Position numbers and translations under genes: made by a program
In this document: positions 25,145 through 38,181 of the stretch, piece after piece
Layout of the letters: each line of letters opens with the position of its first letter
Numbering within the stretch: the stretch's first letter is position 1
Notes under the pieces: generated by a model
What the model saw: only the letters and a program-made list of their open reading frames with translations
Databases searched by the model: none
What the model was told of the DNA's origin: nothing
DNA from: Lingula anatina
Lineage: Eukaryota > Animalia > Brachiopoda
Direction of reading: 5' to 3'
Assembly: GCA_051362555.1 (NCBI GenBank)
Contig: CM120649.1
Span: 5,890,001 to 5,954,000, forward strand
Length of the DNA: 64,000 nt

Positions 25145-27337
25145 TGGAGGAATATCTATATCCGTACTGCTCGACACTACATCATTTGATGTGTCACTAA
25201 GAAAGTGATTTTAATTTCAATAATAACAATTTTGTTGTAAAACAAAAAGAGAAAATGAATCCTTGTGAGATAACTACAAAAAGAGGGAATAAAATATGCC
25301 TTAAAGTTCGGTTTGTCGACTTTCTCCTAAAGTTGGGTTGGTATCTCATTTAATGTCTGTGTATATATATAAACAATTTTATCTTCTTCAGTTCCTTTTT
25401 GTCATTTGAACCTGTCGATATTATTCCACTTTTCTTTAAAATACGTCAGTTTAGTAATTGATCGCATTAAGTTCGAAAGGCATTTTATTATAAAACGTAC
25501 TTGTTACCTGACATTCAAATGACTAAGATGCTAATTTTTAAAAATTCATTGTTACTTCATAATTAATTAGTTTACTTGGGGTATTTACTTTTTGTTCATT
25601 TGATTCTAGATAAGTAGAAGGCTAATAAGCTACAGAAATGAAGTCTGCAATCCGATGACAATTTAGACGACAGATGGTAACTATAACGCAATTTTCTCAC
25701 AAAACTCAAATTTCTTCAAGAAAAGGACAATGTATCCTACCCACGAGTCATTGACCTACCAGTCCCTGCATTTGGGTGTGATGTTTTGTTCCACTAATAA
25801 TTTAATAATTTTGTCCTAAATGTCTAAATTACTGGTCAGCCATTTACCCAGCACGTCGACATCTTCCTTCCCGATCTCCAAGAACATGAGCACGTTTTCA
25901 CTTCATAACATTAAAAAAAGGTGCGGGGTTTTGTATCGTGGACCTGTGCCGTGTATCATACATTGAGAGTTGTCCTGGTTACTCGTAAAAGCTGAGAAGA
26001 TAAATAACGGTAGATAAACAATGGGGTTGTATTGTTTATAAGTTCTAATATGGGAAACATGCTTGTACCTGCATTAGGGGCATATATACACGTAGTCTAA
26101 ATATGACTTTGGGTCATTTCAAAAGCTTAGAGATAACCTTTCACGAATTGTCTTTTGCTTTATTTTGAACAGACTCCCTTACTTACAGTATGATTGGACA
26201 TTTCAAACTATGTTGCCCAACGTACAGCAATCAAATGATTTCCCTGGCGTATTGGAGACAATGAATACATAAAAATATCTACAATGTGTACATGTACGTG
26301 TGAGGTGATAGGTAGTCATCAAAAGAGGCTTCGAAACATAGTATGTTCTACTGGACATTTGTTATAAATGAAGATTTTCAAAATAAATCCGTCTTTAAAG
26401 GAAGTCAATGTACATATAGGTTAGACCATTGTATAGGATAGGGAAAGGTTTGAAGAAAAATAATAATCATATTTGTGTCGCATGAGATTATATTTATGAA
26501 TATTCATACTAATTCCCGTTGGATCTTTAATCCATTAACTTTAAAAAAATTAACAAATGAACAACATGCATCGGAATTTCTATGCTCAGCGGAAGTACAG
26601 GATGTAGGAACAGAACAGCAAAATCTCTCACGCTTTCGACCAATCATGAGGCTCGAGAGATAAAGCAGCATGAACAGAGAATTAAGGTCACACTCAAGTT
26701 TCAAAAGTTTTATCTCTAAATTTCTGGAATTTTTTTAATCACTTGATTTTAGAGACCCGATATAAATATAAGCATGCCTATTTGCTTTTTTATCACTACA
26801 CGTTATCTTTCTCTACACTGTAAATTTTGGTTACGGTATCTTGATATAGAAATGCTATTTTGGAAAAAATTATTTGTTTATTGTCAAGTAGGGGCGGTCA
26901 GTGTTATTTGTCTTCATTATCCATAAACCAGACGAGTTAATAATCTTGACTACAGCTAATGGTCGTGTTTATTCTAGAATTAGGTAGACTGCTTATAAAT
27001 CAATCCGAAATAATATCCATTGAAGACGGCGAGCGGCTTGTCATTCAAACAATTGGACTTTCGCTATTGTGACACAAATGACTGTCCCGCTTCATCACTC
27101 ATTGTAATATATTAATGCAACCTTGGCACGACAACAAGTATATTGTCCCTTTAAAAGTCTTTATTTCGACTGATCTGAAACAGAATTCACTACCTTCTTT
27201 ACGTATGATCACTGGTGGGTGTATCTCCAAATCGCCAAAGACTTTTTATAGTAGAGGGTCACATGACCCAAGTGACACAAAAAGGGCCTAACACCAGCTA
27301 TACATATTCATTACATCTATTTACATACTATAGTTAT

Positions 27338-27493
27338 CAGGGGCGGATCCAGAGCTATTTTCAGATAGTCTTCTTAATTATCTTTGTTGATCCATCTTCT
27401 ATTTTTGACCGTCTTCCGACAGAAAAAAATTAGATAAATTAGAAAAAAATTAGTCTTCCAGAAGACCCAGAAGACGGCCTCAATCCGCCCCTG
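27338..27493. mobile_element. Short MITE with a 5-bp target duplication (hAT-like termini)
   Basis: GTTAT|CAGGGGCGGAT...ATCCGCCCCTG|GTTAT. Related copies at 56930-57097 and ~59454-59618. Confidence 0.75.
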
Positions 27494-28011
27494 GTTATAC
27501 TTAGGTGCAGTATACCACTTAGGTGTGAATACCATTTTACATCTAAGATACTAAAAGCATGCTTAAGTGTGTCGATTGCAATCAACCCAGTGTGTGCAAA
27601 GCTTGGCGCCTACACAATGCTTTCTGAGGTCTACGACTGGTGTGAATGTTGTTGGAATCTTTGAACTGAACAAATGTAAAATTGGCCAAGCAATAGTTAA
27701 TCTCGGATACCTGCAACGCTTTGTAATTTCGCTTTCAGCGAAGAAGTAACCAGGCCAGCTGTCCATAATGTGACGGAACCCATTGGCCTCTTCTGAACCT
27801 CATGCCAACGTCTATCAAATGGCGACTTAACGTTGATTATCAAAGTCGTATCTCGTAAATGGACAGATAATACACGACTGCAATAGTGTCACCGTTACAG
27901 TAGGGTGAACTCCCGTTCTCGTATAAAAAGGGGCCTGTCAAACATACTTACCGAGGTTTTTAACCGACGATATTATTTTATTCTTAACTGATCGACTTTG
28001 AACGCAGCATC

Positions 28012-29453
28012 ATGAGAGCCAAATATGCCGTCGCTCTTTTCATTGGTGAGTAAGCATACATAAAAAGCTTCGGCAAAAGCAGGTGATAGTTAACGATTGA
28101 CTGAAAAACTAGTATCAATGTGCTTTTTTTCTCTTTTTAAAAAATTGAGTGCGTGAATATTTTGATGTGAATATTGTAAACTGTTTTATACTAAATGTAC
28201 CCTTTGTTTTCGATTGTCTTTCCTAAAAACACAATGCAAATTTTACTATTTCTACCAATCACGTAAAAGATCACATGGATTTATTTCCCACAGTGCTGTC
28301 TTTTGCCACAAGCTTTATCTGCTAAACCAAAATATCTCTAGTAATTGTTTCTTACATAACAAGTAGTCGGGTCAGGGAGATAGTTCACGTTCGTTCAGCT
28401 CTCTACATGCGGCAAGCACGTACAGTATCGGGGTAGTGCGTCGCCAAGGATCCGAAAGTCACGATAAAATTCATAAAGTTTACTTTAACATTTGTGTTTA
28501 AAATAAAACTCCGGACGACGCAGAGGGTTGTAACTGTCTCTGACCACCAGTGCTGTACTGCTGTGCCCGACCCACGTACTGTATCCGACCAAAAAAAAGA
28601 ATAAAACGAGTGGTGCACAAGTTTTCAAGTGATATGCGCAGAAACATAATCCCTTCTGTCTAACCTAAACCGTTTATCTTATAGATTAGAAGTAAAACCT
28701 CGCGGATTCTCGCACGTTTTCGAGTTCAGGGGAGAAGTCCTATTTTTTTTCACCATTTAATTGTACCTTTTCATTTCAGTTTTCATCTTGATCAGTACCA
28801 CTTCTGCCCAAACAATTACCATACCTGGAGGCTGTTCTGTATTTGGTGCATTTTCCTGTCTCTTCCGATGTATATTCAGAAGCAGATTCCAGGGATGCTG
28901 TGGGGCCGGCGCCAACTCAGCTAACTGCTACTGCTACGGTCAGGCATCTCTTTTAAGCAATCCACCTAATTTTGTGAGTATTCAGAAATGGTCCAGAAAT
29001 GGTGGAGGACAAAACGTGCACGCCCCCCCCCCCCGGCTTCAGATGTACCCCGTCCCACTTTCCCTTAAATAACAAACAGTTAAACAAGCGAAACGTCCCA
29101 CAGCAAAGTATTATTTTTCCTTAAACCCCATGTTTCATAGTTGGCCTATTACCTTTTACTGCTCTATATTTCTTAAATTGAACCGAGGCAAATTCTTTAC
29201 CTTGTCATCGTCTCTTCGCAAAATCCTGGAGCCGACAATGAAGTATTTTTATAATACCACACGCATATATATGTATCATAATCATATAATATACAGAATT
29301 TTTACTTTATAACTAACAAGCAGTAAACCACGCATATACCATATCGCTTTACTGATTTCTTTAACCCATCACGGATAAAGAAATTTTTGTTGATTTTTCC
29401 TTCAGGGTACGGTGCCTACTGAGTGCATGGGCATGCCAAACCACATGTATTAA
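28012..29453 (+). CDS. Secreted 8-Cys defensin-like peptide, copy 5, 91 aa
   Basis: Exons 28012-28045, 28780-28973, 29406-29453: MRAKYAVALFIVFILISTTSA/QTITIPGGCSVFGAFSCLFRCIFRSRFQGCCGAGANSANCYCYGQASLLSNPPNFGTVPTECMGMPNHMY*. Confidence 0.88.
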
Positions 29454-29704
29454 TATATACACAATAACCGTTTCCTGAACAACCAACCTCTAAGGTACGT
29501 TTACTCATGATGATGACAAGACGGACAAGAAAGAGGAATATTCATAAATTGTACCTCATTTTTGAAACATGGTTTTTATCACAATAAATGTGTATGTATA
29601 CACACGTTTTGTCTTCAACATTTGAGTCATCTATCTATCAAAGTCACCTTTTAATAAAAGATAAATATACAAAATTGCTTTCTCATTTGAGCCAAGCATG
29701 TTAA

Positions 29705-30042
29705 AGGGATAAAAACTCTTCGTATGAGATCTATATTTTACAATAAAACATTGTGAATAACTCATAGAAATATAATATATTCTGTTTTACCACAAAAACG
29801 GCAGTTATAGCTATTATTCTGATATCTGAGCTTGTCTTTAGACCACATGACCTCCATTGTTGGCTATACTCTGTTAAAATCTCTTAAGAGATTTTAACAA
29901 AAAATCAAACTTTTTAGAAAAAAAAAAACAGGGACTAATTTTGAATGTAAAAATGGATTCATTAACCATTGGTTAGTATGGGAAAATTGTTGTTTACTCC
30001 AGGAAAATTAATTTTTGGCCGAAACAAAGAGTTATTATCCCT
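29705..30042. mobile_element. Kolobok-like non-autonomous element (copy 2)
   Basis: TTAA|AGGGATAA...TTATCCCT|TTAA, near-identical to 3460-3793. It interrupts the downstream block shared with peptide copies 1 and 2 (CTCATTTGAGC...GGCTCC). Confidence 0.8.
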
Positions 30043-30406
30043 TTAAGCTTCTGTGGCTCCCTGGTAGCTCTACTGATTTAAACACAGCAGTCAGATACGG
30101 ACGAAATATATGGGTTCGAGGTCTAGTGTAATCAAAGTTTCATTAGACTTTATTATTTCTTTTGCTTTGATTTTAATAGGTCACTTCTCTTAAAGAGAAA
30201 GGCCATTATTGGACTGACTTCCCGTGAATTGGTTAAGCAGTCATCTCCAATCATACATTCAGACAAAATATATGCTCTGCCTTTCCATATACAACAGGTA
30301 AAATGCACGCAATCACCGTTTCCAACATGTGACTATGTTTGTTTTAGTTTAGTCACAATTTAACAAGGCAGCAACACGTTCAGATGTACAGACAAAATGT
30401 ACAGAC

Positions 30407-30437
<31 letters not shown>

Positions 30438-32056
30438 TATTTGGTCCAATTTGGTGCAATATTACAAAATGCTTTAAAAACTTTATTGCCACCAATTTTC
30501 ATTATATACAAAATGGACAATCAGGAAACGTTAGTAGCACAGGGCTTTAGGTCTACGGGATGTCTAAGTCACATATTGAAAATGCCCATGTAAAATGAAA
30601 ATTTCAGAATAAACTGCATTTAATCTCACCAAAAAGAATCTTATCAGGCTTAGTTTTCCATCTCATGCTGTATATTTTAGTCCCACTAACTCATTCACTA
30701 ACTCTTTCACAGATGATTTTAATCTAGAAAACACGGAGATCAAAATGGCTGCTGCATGATTTAGAATAAGCCATTTATTTTCGTTTGCTTATTAAGGTAC
30801 ACTCGGTTACAGAACTGACGTTACCGTTATACTTAAAACATTATTAAAAGTTATTAAAACACAATTTAAATTCTTGTTTTTAATTAAATTAATTCGTAGT
30901 AAAAAATCAGAGAAAAAGGATTTGGAAAAATATTCCATATTAAATGTCAATTCTGTAGTATACCATATACTTCATATTTGGCATATGAATGGTGCAGTGG
31001 CTGGGCTACAGGTAAATGTCATTGACTTGCTCAAGGATATCAAGCACTGATTTATTTTTTTAGGAAAACAACCAATGCAAAGATTCTTTTTAAAAGGTGA
31101 TTGGGATGCGTTATTCAGTCCCACTGATGGAAAATAAAGATTTCACATCAGTTACTTTTCCCACCGGCATTCGAACGTTAAAAAAGTATTAATGCGCAAT
31201 TCTTGTGTTCTTACCGCCGATATCATTTCTGTCATTTTATAACTGTGGCACCAATTTTACGACCTGTTAATTTAATGATGATAACCTGTCATGTGTTGGT
31301 AGTGAGTATCTTGTATCTTGATATGGAAAAAAAAAGGTTCCGTGTGCACAATGGGCCTTCTTTGTTTATTTTCTAATATGGGGTGGTCAGCATTATTTGT
31401 CACCATGGAACAATGAATAAATAAACCGGATTGCAGTAAACAGTCACGTTTACTCTAGACTGGGGTGGACCGCGCGCCGTTTTTAAATCGATCCAAAAAA
31501 TTGCGGATTGCGATCAAACCAGATGATGCGCGGTTTGTCATTCTAGCAACTCTATTTTAACTTTTGGTTTGGTTCCAGTAGTAACTGTGATGTTGCTTTC
31601 TGTAGCTGTATTAATTGGTCTTCAAACATGCTGATCTGACTAAACTGCAATCAACCCAGTGAGTGCACAGTTTGTCGCCTAGTTAATGCACTCATATGGC
31701 ATTTGGTTTGCAGCTGTTTCCGATCTGAGCAAAACTGTACAAATAATTACCAAACTCGGTTTAGCTGCAGAACTTTCCTGATCTTATGTACAATTCAGAA
31801 GTAGGCTAATCCAGATGACCATTGTGTGACGGCACACCAAGTGACTTGAAGTGTCTCATGCCCATGGTCATCAAATTGTGATAAAAATCCTCATAACCAA
31901 TGTTCTATCTAGTAAATGGACATGTAGCACCCATTAACGCGGTGTGTCACCGCCCGTTTTGATATAAAAAAAAAGAGAAAGTTAAAAAAATCCACCATAG
32001 GCTTTCATCCGACGATAACCTGTTATTCTTCACTGACAAGTTCTGATCACAGCACC

Positions 32057-34687
32057 ATGAGAAGCAAATGTGCCGTCGCTCTTTTCAGTGGTGAGTATAT
32101 AACCAGCCTCGGCCAGAGGAGCACTGTGATAAAGATTTAGTGATGCATAATATGATTTCTTTATTGCTTCTAAATAAAAGCTGTGTGATTAGTTTTAGTG
32201 CAAATAGTTTATTCTGTTTGAAAACAAAAGTTGTTTTCGTTTATGGCCTTCGTTTGCTACAAATTGTAAGCACTCTCTCAATTGGGGTCTTATAATCATC
32301 CATTAGTTTAAAGTGTCTTAACCTAATAGCATTTTACGATCATCACACCCGTTTATTGCGCCAACGCGGTTTCTTTAATGTTCTGTTGAGTTAGAACCTA
32401 TGCTCATGTTTGGGGGTGGTCGGCTCATGCCTTGGTTAAACTACCTCTTATCAAAATAACACGACCTAAGACTGGGCCCCTGGAGAAGTGTGTTTTGACA
32501 GCGCCCCTAGTTAATAGCTTTGAGATTGTTTTCGGGACGCTAGAGTAAGAAGAAAAAAGCCGTGGAATACGTTCACAAGTGTCTCGCTGCAGTTCTACCT
32601 CGACATTTGATCAATCAACAAATCGTTGTCTGAAATCCCTGGCTCACAATAGGGACATGCAGTTGACTGTCCTCTCCACCTTACTGCAACGCAGTCGCAA
32701 ATACTTTTGTGTAACTACTCAAATCGTCACAAGCGAGACACCTGTGAACGTACTCCTTCATTGTGATCTGCCTAGCAGATAAGCACATACAAAGGCGAGG
32801 CACATTTCCCAGGACGAGACGTCCCGCACATAAGTGCATTTGCAATCTGCACTAGCAGACGCACACTCACAAAGGCGAGACACCTTTGATGAGGATTTGG
32901 TTTTCCCTCCTGTGAAAACTACTACATTGAATACAGCACTGGTCACTAACCACCCCTTTCTCACCCCCTATCTCTAGGGGTGCTTTCCCAGAGATGTAGA
33001 TCGATCTAAAGATTAAGATTTAGATCGACCTAACTCCCTGGGGTTCACGCTAAATTGCAGTCAGCCGAGCGGGCACCATAGTTAATTACCCCCTTACAGC
33101 TTTTAGTAGGCGGGACAGACGCTTAAGCCGGCCAAGCTGACAGCAATCTAGTGAGACTCCCCACAGGGATAGATCGATCTAAAAATCTATGGAAATGGGG
33201 TGTAGGACTCTGCAGCTCATTAAGGTCACTTGTTGACCGAAAAGCGCTTTATGCAACCAGTCCACCCACTCCCCCCACCAGGCTGTACGTCTCCCGTACA
33301 ACCGTCTTCGTTTAGGTCAAATTGATACAGAGGTGAGACGCCTCTCTCTACACCACGCTGAGGTGAGACGCCTCACAACACGCAAGCCTAAAGTCAAAGT
33401 AGTTCATTGTACACGGCTACGAACATTTATTTTATGAGATCAAATTAAAAAATACAATACATCAAATCATTGCGTTACACAAACGTGAAACAAACATATC
33501 CAAGGGAATCAAGGCATTTTTCTTCAAACTCGAGCGTCCCGAAAACAATTTCAAAGCTTTCAACAAGGGACGCTGTCAAAACACACGTCCCCAGGGGCCC
33601 AGCCTAGGATCGTGTTATTTTGATAAGATGTAGTTTAATCAAGGGATGAACCGACCACCCCCAAACAGCAACTACACATATTCACAATGGGTTGCGAACC
33701 ACTCTTGTATCTCTTTGTAAAACGGCAATCGCGTGCAGAGTTTCACTTTTATCGCTAAAAAGTAAACCCCACCTCTCGTGGATTCTTGCACGTTTTCTGA
33801 TTTCAGATCTAGACGCTCAACCTTTACCTAAACCTCATTTGCCTTCCAATTTCAGTTTTCATCTTGATCAGCGCTACTACTGCCCAAACCATTACCATAC
33901 CTGGAGGCTGCTCCGTATTTGGTGCCTTATCCTGTAGCTTCCTATGTATATTAAGAGGAAGATTCCAGGGATGCTGTGGGGTCGGCGCCGACTCAACTAA
34001 CTGCTACTGCTACGGTCAGGCATCTCTTTTAAGCAATCCACCCGATTTTGTGAGTATTCAAAGCCAGATCCGGAGAGGGAAGGGCAAAGCTATAGCACTT
34101 TCCCCCTCCTTGCGTAAGGGTACCCCTTTCTCAACAATAAATAGTTGAACAATCGAAACGATACAAAATCAAGTAACTTTTCCTTCCCTAAGCCCTTTCC
34201 AGAATTGTATATTTCCCTTTCACTGCTTTATTTTCCTATTTCCTCTTACCGAACAGATTCATTTTCTTTTCGTTACCACCTTTTGGTAGCAAAATCTTAG
34301 ATCTGACAATGGCACATCCTATATACCATACCACATACCATGCATTACATTATATCATAAACTTGAAATATGGTACGTAGTGGTAATATACTTAGCATTC
34401 ATCACAATATTAACATGATACTTACTACAAAAGACACGTGTCACTTACTACACATCCCCATTATATTTTACACTGTGCAAATATACCAGGTGCTTCACAC
34501 ACCATTATTAATTCTTATACATGTACATGTATCATATAATATACAGAGCTTACACTTCATGACAAACACACAGTTAACTACAAAGTTAACTACAACTTCA
34601 CATATACCAAATCGTTTTACGTTTATGGATAAAGGATATATTTGTTCATATTTCTTTCAGGGCACGGTGCCAACTGAGTGCAGGTAG
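32057..34687 (+). CDS. Secreted 8-Cys defensin-like peptide, copy 6, 84 aa
   Basis: Exons 32057-32090, 33856-34049, 34661-34687: MRSKCAVALFSVFILISATTA/QTITIPGGCSVFGALSCSFLCILRGRFQGCCGVGADSTNCYCYGQASLLSNPPDFGTVPTECR*. Confidence 0.87.
32407..33667. mobile_element. TIR element in intron 1 of copy 6, containing a nested palindromic MITE (~32975-33202)
   Basis: ~100 bp imperfect inverted repeats (TGTTTGGGGGTGGTCGG...CCGACCACCCCCAAACA). Absent from the homologous intron of copy 4. No clear TSD. Confidence 0.7.
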
Positions 34688-34999
34688 AACAGGAACAAAA
34701 CATCGCGCCTCGATATGGGAACCAGATCAACAAGACGATTTCTGGCGTTTTTAGCGTCGAAATTTTACAAAATTTCAATTTAGCTAATAAAAAGGCCACG
34801 CATAAGAACTTTTTATATTGTATGTTTTATATCTGTTATTATTGAATAGTCCAATAATAACCGAGAAATCCAATTTAAAAAATATAATTTTTGCGACATT
34901 ACATACTGTTTGGAACCAAAAAAAAAAAAACAAACAAAAAAAAAAAAAAACGCACGGAAGAATATGTAGATTTATTTTCATATATGGAACTAAAGTATA

Positions 35000-35784
35000 T
35001 AGCCAAAAATAACAGCATATTTTTCTCGACAAATAGACATCACTTTGAGCGCATTAGGGGAAGTTTAAATGCATAGTCCAAGATTTAGGGCATCAAATAC
35101 ACCATGGGTGTCAACATCCTGAGTTCACAGACACCATTAAATTTATGCAGAGCAGTACACCAGCGGCGCATGGACATCACTAAGTTGTCAATAGAGGCCT
35201 AAGGGATATTATCCCATTCCTCCTGGAGTGCTTTTTGCAGTTGGCGAACATTTTCGAGAGCTGGAACATGATGGCTGAAAACTCTGATCCAGAACATTCC
35301 ACAGATGTTTGTTGGGCGACATGGTGCATGAGCGTGGTTCCTAATGCTACCAGTGTCTCTGAAGCGTGTTCCAAGATGGCTGACAGTGGAATGATGCACA
35401 TTCAGACATGCTGCAACTTCTGTTACTGACAAGCCAGCATTGAGCATGCTGATGGCATGCTCCCTAATGGTTCCAGACATCCGTGGCATGTTGACAAGTG
35501 GCAGAAATACACATTTTGGTGTGTCCTTTTATTGCCTAGACGGTAGAGAGTGTCCGAGTATTGGTCTTGCAGATTGACCTCTACTCCGTCATGCTCCATT
35601 AGTCTTATGGGTGTAAAAACTGAACCTTTGAGTATACTCACGGGGAGCGGCCAAGTGAAACCAGACCACTATAATTGATCAAAACAAATCCATCAGTTCA
35701 CAAATAAACCATCAAACTGGGCATATTTCATGATGATACATTTCAACTGACCATTTTAGTTTCGTGCGTTTATATTTTTGTTCA

Positions 35785-35786
<2 letters not shown>
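35000..35786 (-). mobile_element. Internally deleted Tc1-like transposon remnant
   Basis: ORF 35489-35199 joins the Tc1 N-terminal HTH region (MPRMSGTIREHAISMLNAGLSVTEVAACLNVHHSTVSHL..RFRDTGS) almost directly to the C-terminus (QLQKALQEEWDNIP). One end reads GCGTTTATATTTTTGTTCAG-(TA)n; the left boundary is approximate. Confidence 0.7.
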
Positions 35787-35842
<56 letters not shown>

Positions 35843-38181
35843 TATTTTGCCCACAGCATTACCGGGGTGTCGATTTCCCTTGGCGCTACATATAACACTG
35901 ATAATACACTTACTATAAAGGCAAAATAATTGTTATTCTAAGCAATGTCCGATGGATTTAACTTTTAATACATACAATCAAGAGAACATTTCCAATATTC
36001 TTTCTTAAAACGACACCAAAAAGCAAATTAAATCAAATCAACCAGACGGTAAACATGTACCGACAGGCTTTGTCAGCATAAACTGTATCTCACGGATGCG
36101 CAGAAGTTTAAATCTTTCCTGTGCTAGGTCATAGTAGTATTTTACACACAATATCACAATAACTGTTTTCTGAACGGTTGAACCATACGACACCATAGCG
36201 CGACTACGGCATGTTTACCAATGATGATATGTGAAATGGGGGAATAGATACTGGCAAGAAAGAGAAATACTGATGAATCGTACCTCATTTAATATCCTTT
36301 AATGACAAGGCTTTTGTAAGATGTAAAACGAAATTATAAATTTAGTGAACATAACATCACAATTTTCAAAAAGGGCATCAAACATTCAACATTCTGTTTG
36401 GTGATTTTGGTCTTAGAATCACTTTATATCACAATAAATGTATATTTATACGGAAAAAAAACTCTTTCTTCAACATGTAAGTCACGTAATGGGTAGGGTA
36501 TTGTTTGAAACATATCTATCTATCTTTCTATCTATTTCAGCATAAAAAATATAAGAAAAAGCATCCAAGCAATCGAAAAAAAGGTAAAAAGAGCACTGAG
36601 AAATTGTGGGTTTCCGGAATGGGCATTAAAGGAAGGTGAAAAGATGGGAAAGAAACAAAAACAGAGAAGTCACCAAACTACTGCCCATGCCAATGACAAA
36701 TAAAAGAAAAAAAAATTACATCGTATTATCTTACTCCAGAGTGGGGGAGGGCCGAAACGCTTACAACGGACGTTTAACAAGTACTTTTCAACATCAATTT
36801 GTACAGCAAAGCAGAGTTGACAATCGGAAATGCAATGGTACGTCTAAGGCTCAAAGACCCGTTTGACAACAATGAAAAGTGTGGAGTAGTCTATGAAATA
36901 GATTACAGGACGCAACACGTGTCTCTTTAACATTTATATATCATTCTGCGCACGCGCAACCTGATGTCACTTACACCCCACACCCCCACTCTCTCTTTCT
37001 CTGCAAAAAAGAGTTACTAAAGTTACTCTAGATCTTATTTTAGTTTGTGTGTCTGATTATGTGTTTTAATCTTTAAAATGACAAGAAATGTTCAATTCCC
37101 CGAGTTTAAAACTGATTCACATTTGCGACTCTACAGTATATAAGTATTTGACAGCCTATGAGCTCAGCGACCTGAAAATAAAATAATCTTTTGTGGTTTT
37201 CAGTTCGGTTATAGTTCACTGCTGTGTTTCTTCAATTCCACTGTCAACAAAGGGTTTCAAATGGCTATTTTTGTGTGTCACAAAAATACCATACGAAAAT
37301 TTATCCAGCTGGTTTTTATTCACCTTGGTAAAGATCTGATACACGCGCCTGGCTTACAAAATTAATCTTAAAACGCATCTTGTGGAAAACGCAACGCATA
37401 CGCAGCGTCTTTTTAACTGATTCGATCATGCGTCAAGAACATAATGGAACAAGTAACAATTTTTTGGTAAATTTGACGGCATTTTGTACCTATGAACTAG
37501 CTTAAAAAAGACAGCACAGTTTCAAAAAAAAAAAAAAAAAAAAAAAATAGAAGGAGAGTAAATGTTCATGAAATGTATCAAATGTGGCACAATTAATATC
37601 TACAACTGTACTTTTGTACATTTTTGATAACACAGAATAAACGAAAAAATATGTGTACTAATTCATAAATCTGTCTTCTTACCAATTAAGTTTTTCTTCA
37701 CACCGTTTTAAAAACAAAAACGAGTCGCGTCCATTTTTCTCTTAAATGACGCATTTTTCCATGCTGCGCCATTTAAAGAAATTAATACCAAACGTGACTG
37801 TACCCTCCGCGCCCTTTCCTGGCTTCCTGGTTCAAATCACATAGTACAAACATATGCAATTTCAATACATGAGCTCTGAATGGGTCTATTCACCCGTCAA
37901 CGCAACAGCACGTAGGCTGACAAAGAGGGCAGATAAGAGCTTCCCGTGTCGTTTATTAGTGGGTTAAAAACATTTACAAAATTGGGTGGTTATACTTACA
38001 GCGCGTGGTTTACTTACTCGTGTTACTTACTCGTGTGCAACACTGGTTTAAATATAAAGTTGGATATTTTCACTGGTGGAGGCAGTGGTGTCTACGGCTT
38101 TTGCCTAAGATTATTTGCTTTTTGACATTCAAAGTGACGGGCAATTAGGACATAAGAGCAATTGAGTGGCGTACTGCTACA

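Noticed and set aside
24695-25177. 160-aa minus-strand ORF with poly-Cys/poly-Trp
   Set aside because: It is the antisense reading of the CCA/ACA microsatellite and intron 2 of copy 4.
26790-26960. Possible seventh peptide gene or pseudogene suggested by another copy of the upstream block
   Set aside because: It is the distal upstream region of copy 5; no additional exon 1, 2 or 3 sequence was found.
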